Notes: generated by a model from the letters alone, not told the origin. Counted from the stretch's first letter, positions 50,901 through 64,000 are shown. The stretch: DNA of 64,000 bases from Pocillopora damicornis (GCF_003704095.1 NW_020843862.1:1-64000), one strand, 5' to 3'. Program-made: numbers and translations.

Positions 50901-53900
50901 GCTGTTCGTCGAAAAACACTCGCGCGCGGCCATTGACTTTTCTAGTGAGCGAAACAAGTTGATAAGTGCCAGATTTAAAGCGCCTCTTAGGTCTCGAGAG
51001 GAAACGGAAGAAGCTGAAATAATAGTAAAGACCACCATCATTTTCTGTGAAACGAATTTGAACACTGACTGACTGAAAAATATATTTGAAGGTTTTACAT
51101 CATACAAGTGATCGTAAAAGTGCTACGAACATTCTTCGCCTCTTCTTTGCCAATTTCCTTTCGCCATTGCTGTCTTATGCTCGTTAAACCTACACTATCT
51201 TCAAGATGTCCCAAATTAACCGGTGAGAGCCACTGAAGACCTCCTTAAATCAAACATTTGAGTTCTTGGCTTTAGACTGTGATATTTGCCGATGGATTGC
51301 GTTACATTAATAAGATGAAACGTTCCTATCTTCACCGCACAGTCAGCGTAACTAAAATACTTGAATTACCGACGGATGGAAAAGAATTTAGGTTGAAGAG
51401 CTTACAAGGCACTTCTGTTGTTGTCGCATATCAGTTACTTGAAGAAACGAGGGTTAACACTTCAACTGAAAAATTTTAAGCCGTGATTAACGGATAGATT
51501 ATCTTGTCGGGAAGGAAAGCAAATTATTTTCGTTCAGTTTGCAATTAACGTGTAGGTTAAAACAGATTGCATAGAAATTATTCGGCTTTTCAAAGAGAAA
51601 GTGGTAAATTTGAAAGGATGTAGATCAGAAAACTTTGGTTTCCGTAAGGAAGGCTTAAATGCCGCACACACTCTGTAATATGAAATTTGTGCGATGGTGC
51701 AGTTGGGTAAAATGCTCTGGAGTATCTTATTCATCGACATTTTTTTAAGGTGCTTTCTGTACGCTACCTTACTCATTCGATTCTCTATGAGGAAAAAGGG
51801 AAGGACCAAATTCGTTCAAGCTGAGATTGTAAGCTGCAACTGACATAACATCGGCTAGAAGAGGAACCAGTAAACTTAACACAATCGCGACGATGCAAAA
51901 TCAGAGAGAGAAATTTGGAACTGACTCACCGATCCAACCTCACCTGAATAAGCGAAAGCCAGCTGTCAGCTTTGATTCACCTTGAGGCAATACTTGTTTA
52001 CCGTTCCAGTGTTGATCACAACTGAAAAGTAGACCAAAGGAAATCGGTTTATCTTAAGTACATTCTTGTAGCCTGCGTGGGAAAAGAATTTCCATTAAAA
52101 GTAAACACAAGCATCCGAAAGTATTTGAAGATGTTTGGATTAAATTACGACAGTAACCAGACGTTGCCGGTATTACGTAAAACTTTGACATTATTTTTGC
52201 AAAGAAATAATTCTATCACACATCCGCCGAGGAAATTAAAAGTAAAAGGTGTTGTATCAATCATACCAATTGATGTTCACTGGTCAGTAGAATATTTGCA
52301 TTCTGTTCTTTATCAACTCTTTTTGCTTAACTTTTTTTGTTTGGTCGTTAAGCCCAGGAACTTATTGGAATATTGTAAATTCTTTTGATAGTAAACAAAA
52401 ATGCGTTTTGTTATTGTTCCTCACGTTTCTCATGGACGAAACGATTTTCTGTGTGAAATTAACCCCTACATCCAAGGCGTGGAGACGCGTTTTCATTCCT
52501 GCCCGCTATCTAATCGCCTTTTTTCACATTTCCCTATACAAGTGTTGCGGCCAACTTAGGCAAATTATTTTGATTCTATGATAAGGGTGGTTTCCTGAAA
52601 TGTTAAGTAATTTACCAGGGGCTTTCCCATACCTATTGTGCAAACCAGAGGCAGATAGATTTTTGTATATCTCAGGAGGGCACGTTTTCAATAATTTAGA
52701 TACAAAAGAATAAAATTTGTATTTATGAAAAGTTTGATTCCAGATTCTAACAAAAGTAAATTACTGTGCAATTCTTTTTCATTTAGCTTCGCAAAGAACC
52801 CTCAATCAGCCTGCAAACTGTATAGTATAGTGGAAGAGAGCATTCTTGGAGCTTTTTGTCTTACCCAGTACCTGTAGTTGTCTAAAAGTCTTTCTGTCTG
52901 AGTATTTATCGCTGAATTTTCTAAGACACCACTGATAAATTATTGTTATTTCAATTTTCAGCGAGGGCCCTCACTAGCAGGCTTGGAACCACTTGTGAAC
53001 TTTCTTTGTCTTGTCTTGTGATTGATGGTTAAGGCGTGGCCAACGTACAGCCTTATCAATGGCACTTGTGACCCTCTTTTTGTCGAGAAAGTGACGAAAA
53101 TAAAGAATTTTTTACTTATTCAAAGCATTATTCATACCGAGCCTGAAATTTAATTCTTTTTTAATCTACCAAGCCCCGCACAGTGCATAACTTAAATGGC
53201 TTATGCTTTGTCGCAGTAAGAACCGTAAATGGCCCAAATTCCGGTGAGGATTGCGGACAAATATTGAGTTGGGGGGGCTGCCTAAAATAAAACTCTTTAT
53301 CTTAATGTTGAGTTACATACTGAACACTGCGTGGTGGAGGGAAAACTACTTAGGATCATTAACATTACAGAATAGCCATCTTTTGTATTGATGCATTAAC
53401 TAAGACGTTGAAAAACACGGCGGAGACGTCATTTGAAAATGATAACTAACAAACACCTTAGTAACTGCGTTATTAGTTTATATTATCGAGGCACAATTCA
53501 TGATAATGATATGTGCCACTAATAAAGAATAATTGTTGATTTGTCAGGGTTATGAAAAAAATTTCTTCAACTTTTCTGAGGTTTACTTTTGTTGACGTGT
53601 TAGATGACGCCTCTAAACGTTCGTGTACAATAATAAAAAATAAGTCGCCGAAATGGATGAAAATATTGGTGGATATTTCCTGACTGAGATACTTCAAAAC
53701 CAACAAAAGGGAAGAGCAAAATGAGCCGGAAATAATTTAGATTTTCTATGATCATCCTAATTAATATTAGTAAGCGTTCAATTGCATTTGAAACGACTCT
53801 CAAGTATAACAGGAAATTATATTTGGGGTCTGACGTCAATGGGAAATGCATTATGGGAAAATTTGTACAAAAGTGAATATACGCTGTCGAACTTTGTTTT

Positions 53901-54385
53901 GACTGATTGACTGGTTTATTATACGTAAGGAAATGAATAAGACTGACGTGATTGTGTTAATTTCGTGTGTGTAAAATTGTTTTTGTTTCGCCTCGACAAT
54001 TATGGGCCACTGTAACGACATGAACTGTTTGCTAAACTTGTCCGGCTGAACTGAATGGAAGAGCGATGAAAAAATCACAACAAATAAAATTAAGTTCTTC
54101 TTCTATCTCAGTTGATTTTCATTTGAGTATATGCGAAGTCTCCTAATTATTCTTGGCTTTCATGATTATGTCGGTCACATATTAAGGGAGCTTGGAGAAA
54201 CTTAAGTCACATTTGATCAATAATGTGTGGATCTTCGTTCATGCTAGATTTTTAAACTGAGTTTGAGCAAATCTGAAAGGTTCTTATTCAGTGGTACCAT
54301 TTTCATCAAATTTCCAATTTCATCTTTAGAAGTGCTCTTTTTGCTATGTGCATGCAATTACTATAAGTGGGACAGTCACCATCTA

Positions 54386-54873
54386 TCAGTCAGTCAGTTA
54401 GTCCGTCAATAAGTCAGTCAGTCAGTCAGTCATTCAGTCAGTCAGTCAGTCAGTCAGTTAGTCAGTCAGTCAGTCAGTCGGTCGGTCAGTCAGTCAGTCA
54501 TTCGGTCAGTTAGTCAGTCAGTCAGTCGGTCGGCCAGTCAGTCAGTCAGTTAGTCCGTCAATCAGTCAGTCAGTCATTCAGTCATTCAGTCAGTTAGTCA
54601 GTCAGTCGGTCAGTCGGTCAGTCAGTCAGTCAGTCATTCGGTCAGTCAGTCAGTCAGTCAGTCGGTCGGCCAGTCAGTCAGCCAGTCAGTCAGTCAGTCA
54701 GTTGGTCAGTCGGTCAGTTGGTCAGTCCGTCAGTCAGTCGGTCAGTCGGTCAGTCAGTCGGTCAGTTGGTCAGTGAGTCAGCCAGTCAGCCAGTTAGTCA
54801 GTTGGTCAGTCCGTCAATCAGTTAGTCAGTCAGTGAATCAGTGAATCAGTGAATCAGTGAATCAGTGAATCAG
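54386..54873. repeat. Long imperfect (CAGT)n microsatellite ending in (CAGTGAAT)n
   Basis: Directly visible. Confidence 0.98.
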
Positions 54874-56314
54874 AATTTTAAGTTGGTCTCTCGTCAAAAT
54901 CAAATAAACTCATTACAATAAAAATCTAATTCATTTTCGTCAGTTATCACTATTTAAAAATAAGCATTTCTGTGAAAATACACCCAGTACAGGTAAAGAA
55001 ATACGCTCAGAATTTGGCATCTACAATAAAAAGAAGAAAGTTATTGTGTTCAAAACTGGAAAAAATCAGTTTGGATAGTTCGAAGAATGAATTATAGCGG
55101 TGAATCAATCAGGATTACGAATTATAAGACATGTTAATTCAAGAGCAGTCTCAAAGCTTGCATGAATAATGTCATGCGAGGAGTGTTCCGTGCAGATTAA
55201 CCTTTCAGTGTAGTAATTGAGTCTAAAGATATGTTATCCTTACGAAAACCAGCAGATTACTCTTAGATTTGTCTTTTAATTTGCTGTTATTGAAAGTTTT
55301 AATTATTTACCAATGTCCTTTGTATTTGGAAAAAGGTGCTGATCTGCATGTAACGTCACAGACAACTTAACGAACTTAAAATTATCGTGAATTCGCTCCG
55401 AATGTGAATTAAGGCTCGAAAAGTCAGCTTTTAAAAATTCTCCACGGTGATTGATCTACTTTCCGTCTTTATCGATTTCCAGTTTCATAAACTTGCTGAC
55501 GAAGCACAAAGATTTCTAAAGAAAATAATTACTTAGACTTAGCTCCTTCCTATGCAAGTTTAATTGAATAAAAATGGCGCCTACTGTTCTCATTACAAAG
55601 CGTTCACAATTGGTTCCCATAAACCTTGTATTCCACAGCTGTACCCTTTTAGGCTTTGGATTGAGTGTCTAGAAAAGCCGAGATCAGAATAATTTGAGAA
55701 ATTTTTAAGTCTTAAAAGAGGCATCCAGCCTGGACTGTACTGAAGTAGAACAATTTCTCAAATTGCTAAAGAATCTACAGAGTGGAGTAAAACGAGTTGC
55801 AATCAAGTTGATCAACAAATCGACAAGTCTCGCACTCGAATGTAGACAGCCTCTGCAATATAACCCTAATATAGTCAATGACTCTAAGAAGACGAGTCTA
55901 AACACTTCCCTCGTGCTTACCTTTTGGATCACTAGGTATGTTGTGAAAATTCCCAAAAGAGAATGAAAGATAATAAGCCACGTAGTTGTGAACTTGGTTT
56001 ACAGACCAGCACTGCTGGAAACGTTTGCAGTTTCTGTAAGTTATGTGGTGACCAATTGATACCCTTGATTATCTACGTCATTGGAATCTTTTGCGCCCTT
56101 TGTTTATTCACACGCAAAACAATTCACGGAATGACCGGAATGAAGCATTGTATGTATGTAACTATGAATAAAAGGGCCTTTTTAAGACTTCTTTTTACGA
56201 GCCCTGTTCATATATTCCCTCAAGGAGTGCTGAAGATATTTTCTTTACGGTCTGCCAAGAGTTAAAGGTTAGAGGGTAGAGGTCAAGAAATAAATCTGCT
56301 CAAACATTGGAAGG

Positions 56315-56450
56315 AAATGTCCGAAATCGGACGGAAACGTCCAAAATCAGACGAAAGCGTCCGAAATAAACATTCCAAATCGGACGAAAGCGTTCAAAAG
56401 GAGACAGAATCGTCCAAATCCAGACGGAAGAGTCCAAAATTTGATGGAGA
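56315..56450. repeat. Degenerate array of about 20-bp hairpin-forming units (consensus about cgtccaaaatcggacgaaag)
   Basis: About six units, each with CGTCC-loop-GGACG self-complementarity to varying degrees. Confidence 0.65.
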
Positions 56451-56830
56451 TGCCTTCTCCTCTTGTGATGGATGTATCGTCTGTTTTTCTGGAAATTTGT
56501 AAAGTTTGTTTAACTCGCTTCTCAGAGACAAAAAAAAGTTTTGGCGTCTGTGCGAAAATTTTGTCTTAGCAGTGGTGAGACTGGTTAACTTAGGTTTGTT
56601 AGCGCGTTTAAGACAATTTTTTATCATACACTTAATTACAATTAAGACATCGTTTATATCATCAATCTAAAAAGCTACTTTTCCTGTGGGTATATTTTGT
56701 ATTTTGTAGAAAATCTTTTGTATCAAGATTGTAAACTCACGGTTATCTAAATAATAGGTACCGTAATTGAAGGACCGAGGTTGTTCATAATATCTTCCAC
56801 ACATTCATACTGAGCATTAGTATATCATGC

Positions 56831-57135
56831 AAATCTGTAATAGATGAACTTGGACAGTGACGAGCTCCTGTGAGTATCGAGCCCTTCAAGTGACATCATA
56901 TGGCAGAGGGTTTATTAGATTCTGGACCATTGGTTAGCATTGCTGGACCATTGGTTATCAGTGCTGGACCACTGATAACTGAGGATTAGAGTATTAACCA
57001 AATCTGTAATAGATGAACTTGGACAGTAGCAAGCTCCGGTGAGTATCGAGCTCTTCAGGTGACATCATATGTCAGAGGGTTTATTAGATTCTGGACCATT
57101 GGTGAGCGGTGCTGGACCACTGGTGAGCAGTGCTG
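56831..57135 (+). repeat. 170-bp-period tandem duplication containing a 21-bp minisatellite
   Basis: aaatctgtaatagatgaacttggacagt begins at 56831 and at 57001. Each copy ends in repeats of ctggaccattggttagcagtg-like units. Confidence 0.92.
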
Positions 57136-57339
57136 TTGAAACGTATCCTTCCTTCAGGTTCGTCAAAGGACGACGCAGTATGATGTCGTTTATGCATATC
57201 TAAAGTGTCACGTACAAGAAACTCATTGACAGCAGTTACCTTTGCGCTCTATCATATTTTAATTAAACTGTCTGCACATACAATAAAAGGGGTAAGTTTC
57301 TAAAGAAACTGGTGCTGCGTCGGTGGGAGAGCATAACAG

Positions 57340-57540
57340 GGTAAATTAGCATTAAACTGAGTTGAAAACGTAAATTGGCCACCGTTAAGAGTTTCGGAGA
57401 TGACGTTTCAAGCGTTAGCCCTTCGTCGGATGGAATGATTCGCGCTCACGAAGGACTAACGCTCGGAATGTCACTTTCCTTCGAAACTCTTAACGGTGGC
57501 CAATTTACGTTATCATCTCAGTTGACATTACTAAATTACC
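57340..57540. mobile_element. About 200-bp palindromic Penelope-derived repeat with two degenerate minimal hammerhead cores
   Basis: The arms share a perfect 30-bp inverted match (aacgtaaattggccaccgttaagagtttcg). The centre has ccgacgaagggctaacgcttgaaacgtc on the minus strand and ctcacgaaggactaacgctcggaatgtc on the plus strand. Confidence 0.75.
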
Positions 57541-60198
57541 ATGTCTGCGCATAAAGTAGAGTTGGATTACTGCTTTAATTTTGCTTGGGGTAACTTGCAG
57601 AAAGTCGAGTTCATAAAAAATTGATGCGCGATAGTTGAAATGTGAAAAGGCAGAAGTGTATCATTCAAACCCTCATGTTATTTTTGAGGTATATTTTAAG
57701 TTTCGGACGGTGCTTGGAAGCTGCGTGCTCGTAATAAACGTTTACAGGTTTTCAATGAGACAAAACTTTTAATTTTTTCTTTAACCGAAACTGACCTAAT
57801 TGCTTCATTGACTTAGCTCTCACCAAACGATTTACGTTTTAAACTTGAGTATTTTAAGCTGCAGATCTCAGAAGACATCAAAGTGGCGTGAAAACAGACA
57901 AATCGCAATAGGAACGCTAAGGCGGATATGTCAATAATGTTTTAGCTTCATTTCGGCGTCTTACTTGTTCGATCTCAAACGGCATCTGCTCTATGGTAAT
58001 GAAAAGACTATTAAAATGAGAAAAATTTGGAAACAGCCTTTAGGTTTGCTGTGAAAAGTTGTTCCTGTTTGGTTTAGCTAAGTTTGCTTAAGAAGGTGTG
58101 AAAAATGCGTTAACACACAGCAAAGAAAATGATAAATTTTTCGAAAACATCTGTACCCTGAAAGAGGATAGGTTACAACCAATCAGGGAAAGCTTAGAAT
58201 TCGATTCATTGCATGAAGCAGATGTAAGTGATCTCAATGAAATTTAAATAACGAGTTTCATGTTTATCAAGGATAAATCCTTCCTCTGTTATTATCCGTA
58301 AAAACTTGGGTTGTTTTGATCTAAAACTGAGCGCAGTTCTCCACGGTGAATACGTATAAAAAAACAAAATATTTTTCTCGAAATTAATTTGTGATAAAAA
58401 TTATTAAAACATAGTCTCTTCACAAACCCACGACCAAATGTTCAAACGTCTTCGGTAAAGGATAGGGTACTTTTATTTCGAAACTTTCTACCGTTCACAC
58501 ACAACCTTGTAATATACCACATCATGAGATTTTAAACCCAAATTTACTTCGTATTCATCAGGAATTAAAGTTCATTTAAATTGGGATATTGAGTGTCTAA
58601 GATGAAAACCGACGAGGTAAGATTTGGATCAAAACCTTCAGTTATCTCTTAAATTTGAAGAGATTACACACCGTTGTTTTTGGTTATCACGAATATTTGC
58701 ATTTTATACGTGGTTTTTAGTTTGTTTATTGATTTTGTTTTGACAGGAAAAATGACCGCTGCATATGCAAGCATGACTTTCCTCAAGACAGGAAGTTCTC
58801 ATAGATAAATAAAGGAAAACTTTAAGAAAGTTGGTTCATTAGGAATAAAAAGGAAAATCTATTGATAATAACCTGAGTGCATCATAATGGTCGGATTCTG
58901 TTCCTCTGTCATTTATTGTCAAGTACCGCTCTTTTGTAAAAGAAAATTAAACAAAAGAAATAAGTAATTTGTTGTACAGATCAGACGGAAGAGTAAAGCT
59001 TTCTTCGCACACATAAGATCTCCATTTCCCCCTCCTTGTTGTGCTCTTTCTAGCAATCCGACAGCTGTGCGTTTAGAGCGTTTAGAGTTAGCAATTTATC
59101 ACCCTTGGTTTCATAATTATTCAGAAAATTCTACCAAAATCGGCTCCTAGATTCACAAACAACAGGAACAAAACTTGAAAGCAAATGTTTAAATGTCGAA
59201 TTTACCTCTACAGAATATGTCAATTAACTGAGAAAGAGATTATAAAAGACATTTGGGCTTAAATAGATTCCCTCATTGCTGAACAATTCCAAAGAATAGG
59301 GATTAATAAATCTAAGTAGAAACAAGTGTTTTCCAAAATGACCATTTAAATCATCTCATTTTAAATTCCCTAAGGAAACACAAAGACCTTTTTTGGCAGA
59401 AATCCCCAAAATTCAGAACTGAATTCAACATTTATTTAAGAATTAGTACGAGCAGATTTCATTGCAGATTCCTGACTCAGTTTATGCCTTACACGTTTTT
59501 GTAAACTTAACACGACAATTTTCGACTAGATTGGAAGAGACTTTCTTACAGAATTTATCAAAAATTCTATTGCAAATTATAAAGAGATCTTAATAATCCA
59601 AACAGCTGTATTCATCTGCGGAAAAAACGCGCGTGTTTCTCTCCGTTGTCAATTTTTTAAAATTATTTACTCGCGAAACAGCTGTTTTGAGCTCCATAAA
59701 TTGGTTTTATTGTTCTGTCTGTCGTAGCTCCATTCATTGAACGGGTGTTGTTTATACTCTGATTATTAGTACCTTTCAGCCAATCACATCGTTCCTATTC
59801 TCCCCAGAATAATATGCAGCTTTCACGGCAGAGTAATTTATGCGCTTTAATGAAAATATAGAACAAAAGTAAAGATAGAGCCAAAAAGCGGACACAAATT
59901 GATCGCGAACACCACTCAACAACTGGCGCCGTTTCGAATTACGATCGCCTTGAGTCGATTTCCTTCAAAAGACTTTTTATCTAACAACGCGGAAATATTC
60001 TTTTTTTCACCAAAATTTCTCGGTTTTGGTATCAGCTTTATGTACGAGTAATATTCTATTCGAATGCGAGCTATTGAGTAATAATCTGTATTCATTCGCT
60101 AAAGGCCCGAGTCAGTTTTTTCCGCACAGAACACGGCATATTGTCGAAGGCAGCCGAAGCTGGTCTGTGATGAACACAACACTGTAGAGTCCAAGAAA

Positions 60199-60854
60199 AT
60201 GATTGCCAAGAAGGTTAGCATCACAAACTGTAGCCCCAAACCGATCGTGAAGCCGGCGGCGGCGACCTCGTCTTCATGGCCTCTACCAAGCCTACGGCTT
60301 GTTATAGTTTGTGTTTCTTTAGCTGTCACTCTCACGATGTCAGCTATGATCATTTTTGTGGACGTACGAGCGCCTTCTTTGGCCGATATCTTTTTGTCCA
60401 CAATGTATTTTCCTTTGGGTCAAGGACTGCAACTGAAGGCTCGGCGTTGGTCAAATAACAAGACCGAGTGTTTACACTTTTTCAAGACTAAAGACGAAAA
60501 CTTCAGGCGCTTTGAAGGTCTGCAGTGCGGACACGCGTTCTGGCAAAGCACTGCTAATCTCGAGGAAAAAGATCGATATGTAAAAAAAATTGCCACGAAT
60601 TACAGACTGTTCGAGAGGGAATCACTCGCCAGCAAGTATTTTGATGAATATTGGCACGAAAAACTCAAAGATCCATTACCAACGAGTTTTTATAACGAAG
60701 AAACTAAAAACTCTCCGAAAGCGGGGAATGAATTCCGCGCATTCAGATGGGATCCACTCGTGCCTTTGCCAACAGAAATATCCCACATTTCGGGTGCGAG
60801 TCAGTGGATTCACCGCGCCGGTTCCACATCTAGACATATCATCTACATTTTCAG
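60199..60854 (+). CDS. First coding exon of a probable type II single-pass membrane protein, possibly with kelch/beta-propeller repeats; gene probably continues beyond the window
   Basis: A 218-codon open frame runs from ATG 60199 to a donor TTCAG|gtaggt at 60854/60855. It has a short basic N-terminus, a hydrophobic segment LVIVCVSLAVTLTMSAMIIFV (about aa 34-54) and an N-glycosylation sequon NKT. It ends WDPLVPLPTEISH...IIYIF, which resembles the start of a kelch blade. No second exon was confidently identified. Confidence 0.72.
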
Positions 60855-63579
60855 GTAGGTAGGAAAAAAGTTGACACGAAGGTTAAAAGATCTCGTGGGA
60901 ATTAATAAATTTAAAAGTCGGCGACATAATTATTTTCATTTTAGGGTTTGTTTTAAAATATTTGTTAAATGTTGAAAACAAATTTTTCGAACAGATATTT
61001 TGTTAGCCGATGTGAAGATGAAAAGCTAAACTCGATGCTTTCAATCGCACGTCAGAACAGGCTTCAATGGCACCAAAAGACAATATTTCAACGCTATTGA
61101 AATACGATTGCTCGAAGTAATTTACACCGATCGCGAGAGTCTAGCTAGCAATTGATTTCAAAGATATACTCAAAAAAGAGAAAGAAAAAAAGAAAAAAAT
61201 TTACGGTGTACATAATATTTTTTCATTTAGCACCGAGCGTCGGCGAAAATCAATGAGATATAAATTTTCCCGAACGTCTTTAAAATAGTTTTAGGAAAAT
61301 GGGCGATTCAAATATTCATTGTGCGAAATGGATAAAAAAAACGGTGCATATAAGGAACGAAGTTTTTTTACATTGATTTTTACGTTTGACAAAGGAGAAA
61401 GAAAAAAAAGAAAGGCCATAAGGAATAATTGCCAAACACACCTTAGAAAAGCTACGGCAAGAGAAATTCGTATGCGTCCAATATCCGGTTTGGAATTTTT
61501 TTTCATTTGAAGTAGTTTGTACAGTTGTTTGCGGAACTAAACGGCATATTCAGTTTTTGATATCGTTATATTTCGCATCAAACAATACGAAATCTAAAAA
61601 ACCTGAATGGTCTTATTTGTTTATTCCATCTGATCATACAGGCGATGATAGAATGTTGTGTTTTGAAATATTTGTAACTTCTTTTCATGTGTATCAGTGA
61701 AAGAGATAGCGGTTTGGGATAAAATGAACGATGAAATAAAATCCAGTTATTTTGCAGTCAGTACATTGGGTTTATTTTATTAAGGAAAGAACAAAGTTCT
61801 AACTTCTGTCATGAATTACCAGTTTGAATAACAAACAGGCCCTGCTGGATAGAATAAAAATTTAATTAAAAACTCTCAGGCCTTCAATACAGTTTTAGGC
61901 CAGTGTTGGGTATTTCATGGATCAGTTTCTGAAATATTTGTTTGATCGAACATAACTTTGATTGCCTAAGGCCAGAGTATACTTCAATAAAGTAATGAAA
62001 GCGTAGCACCGCAAGAACAGGTTGAAACAGGCGGTTATTCACAAATGGGAGGGAAATACCAATTAACAAGTTACAAATTTACAATAAGGGTACATTTGGA
62101 GTGGATAAAACACTTTTTAAAACTCATAAATGTGGCTTAGTTAAATTGGATCATGAAAGAAACAACACTGGTAAAAGAGTGGGTAGATATGATGGAGTCT
62201 TCCTATGTGATGTGGAAACCTTACTGACTTGCGTTCAACAGAACTTAATATCAGGTTACCATACCTCCCTTGTGGTTTATGTGGCTTGTCTTCATCCTTT
62301 CCGACCGTTATTGGAAAAAAAAAACTTTGTCGTCATTCTTTTTTTTTTTGTCATCTTTTTTTTGTAAACTCTATGGATCATATCCCGCTCTCGACGGATA
62401 AGGAACCAACAGGTTTACTTCGCTCCCCGCTGTTCGAAGAGTTGGTCGTTCACACGCGATAAACCAAAATGTTAATTCGTTTTCCTGGTACTTCGTTTAC
62501 TCTGTTTATACAACAAATCCTATTGAAACTCTGACTGATTAAAAATGGTGCAAGTCGCTACTATTTCCGTTCAGAAAGAAGACGATTTGTGTAATTAAAG
62601 AGATCTGCTGATAGTATTTCAGTGTTCTTTTCGGTGCGCTGATAATTGAAATCATAATTTCTAATTGTCTGTTTTTTTTTTCTAATGTCAGTTCTTAAAA
62701 AAGATCCCAAGTATTTGAAAGCGAAAGAATGACAAAGGCGCACACCAGGAAATGACAATCAATACCGTATACTTATTAAAATGGAAGAGTGAAATGAATG
62801 TTTTTTTCTAAGAACTTGACAGTAAACTACTTGCTTAAAAGCCTCCAAATAAAAATAACTGAACATGTAGCCTGATAAATTTTTCTTCGTCCGAAGAAAT
62901 TGCGTTCAGTCATCAAGTTGAAGAACTTATAGCCCCAGATCAAGACCCCCATAACCCGATATATGTTTTTGGGCAATGAAAATGCTGCTGTACTGCGACT
63001 CGCAAAGAAACTTGTGATTCAGGAAGGTTTCGCTTGTTGTCGTTTTAAGCTTCAAATCGTGAAAGGTCGAGAGTGATTCAATATTAAACGTTTGAAGCAA
63101 AGGGCTAGGGAGACAAAAAATTTTGGCTATATTTCCAAAGAAGGTAAACAACGAAGATTAAAAGACAGTAAGAGCACATTTAAAAAGTGAACATTTATCT
63201 TGAATTTTGCCAACAGGTGCCAACAAAAAATGAATACTTTGATCTAACCGAGTGTCAAATATCGGAAGAACAATTACATCAAGTGAGATGGCGGCACTGA
63301 TAAAAGCTTACATTTCCTAGGGTTTATGTCAATAGTAATTATTGTAATAATGATATGATTCAAGTATGATGCACGGTTCTAAGACTGATGTCAGCCTTAT
63401 AATAATGGTGACCTAATCTTCTTGAAAACACACCTTATTGCATGCATTAACGTTATCACAGAGAGCCCTGCTGATTTACATGTATTTTCCGAGGAAGATT
63501 TAGTTGGTTTTTATCAAGTAGATGGATATTATTTTTATGGCATCGTCAATAGCTTAATTAATTTTTGATGAAGTAGCTG

Positions 63580-63843
63580 TCATTAGTCATTGTCAAGGGA
63601 GGAGGGGGCTGGGGCGAGGATATTTTGAGGGATCATATAGTATTCAGGGAAAATGGAGGGGGATCAGTTGTCGCTAACAGAGTTTTAAGGGGGGGCATAG
63701 AAAATTGACTGCCAATAGGGGGGGGGGAATTTAAATACTGCAGAGCCTTATAGGGAATACAGGTAAACGTTTGACCATTTTATTGTGACACAATCATAAT
63801 CATCTGACCCCCTCCCAAAGGCGATAAATATTGACTGGTTCCT
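63580..63843. mobile_element. G-rich MITE-like dispersed repeat
   Basis: Abrupt change to G-run-rich sequence. The left end agtcattgtcaagggaggaggggg loosely mirrors the right end ccccctcccaaaggcgataaatattgact. Single copy in this window. Confidence 0.4.
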
Positions 63844-64000
63844 TCTGTAGACATCTCACGGGTTCTAAATCCGTCTTTAAGTAAGGTAGGAACATCTTCA
63901 TAAGATTCGCTACCATCGATCGGAAAAAAAGTGTTTTTTTGAAGGGCTTTTCAATACCTAGAAGACGTTTATTGATCCTTTTTTATCGATGATGAATTTC

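Noticed and set aside
56831-57135. CRISPR-like array
   Set aside because: Eukaryotic context, the units are tandem without unique spacers, and no cas genes are present.
226-63151. Most remaining 60-150 aa ORFs in the supplied track
   Set aside because: Many begin at non-ATG codons or derive from repeats, N gaps or AT-rich intron sequence, and they have no recognisable domains or splice context.

Overview
AT-rich eukaryotic (animal) genomic DNA with GT-AG introns and three 100-N scaffold gaps (2011-2110, 26787-26886, 30464-30563). The repeat families resemble those I recall from stony corals, so a scleractinian source is an inference. Four spliced protein-coding genes were reconstructed by hand. 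(1) A complete 13-exon mitochondrial pyruvate dehydrogenase kinase (minus, 12585-21071, 422 aa). (2) A divergently transcribed WD40-SAM-U-box gene, WDSUB1 (plus, from 23906), with an internal segment and the last exon missing at gaps. (3) A 5-exon minus-strand gene (33480-41335, about 426 aa), convergent with WDSUB1, encoding a TANC/rolling-pebbles-type C3HC4 RING, a long Ser/Arg-rich disordered region and a C-terminal PDZ-binding motif, but no NTPase, ankyrin or TPR core. (4) The first exon of a probable type II membrane protein, possibly kelch-containing (plus, from 60199). The first 11 kb holds decayed exons, local duplications, a 204-bp solo LTR with a perfect 5-bp target-site duplication and a Penelope-like ORF fragment. 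Introns carry TTAA-bounded piggyBac-type MITEs and tRNA-derived SINEs. Palindromic elements with degenerate minimal-hammerhead cores occur in one intron and in intergenic DNA. The top lead is the 'mini-TANC' gene: it sits tail-to-tail with WDSUB1, as human TANC1 does.
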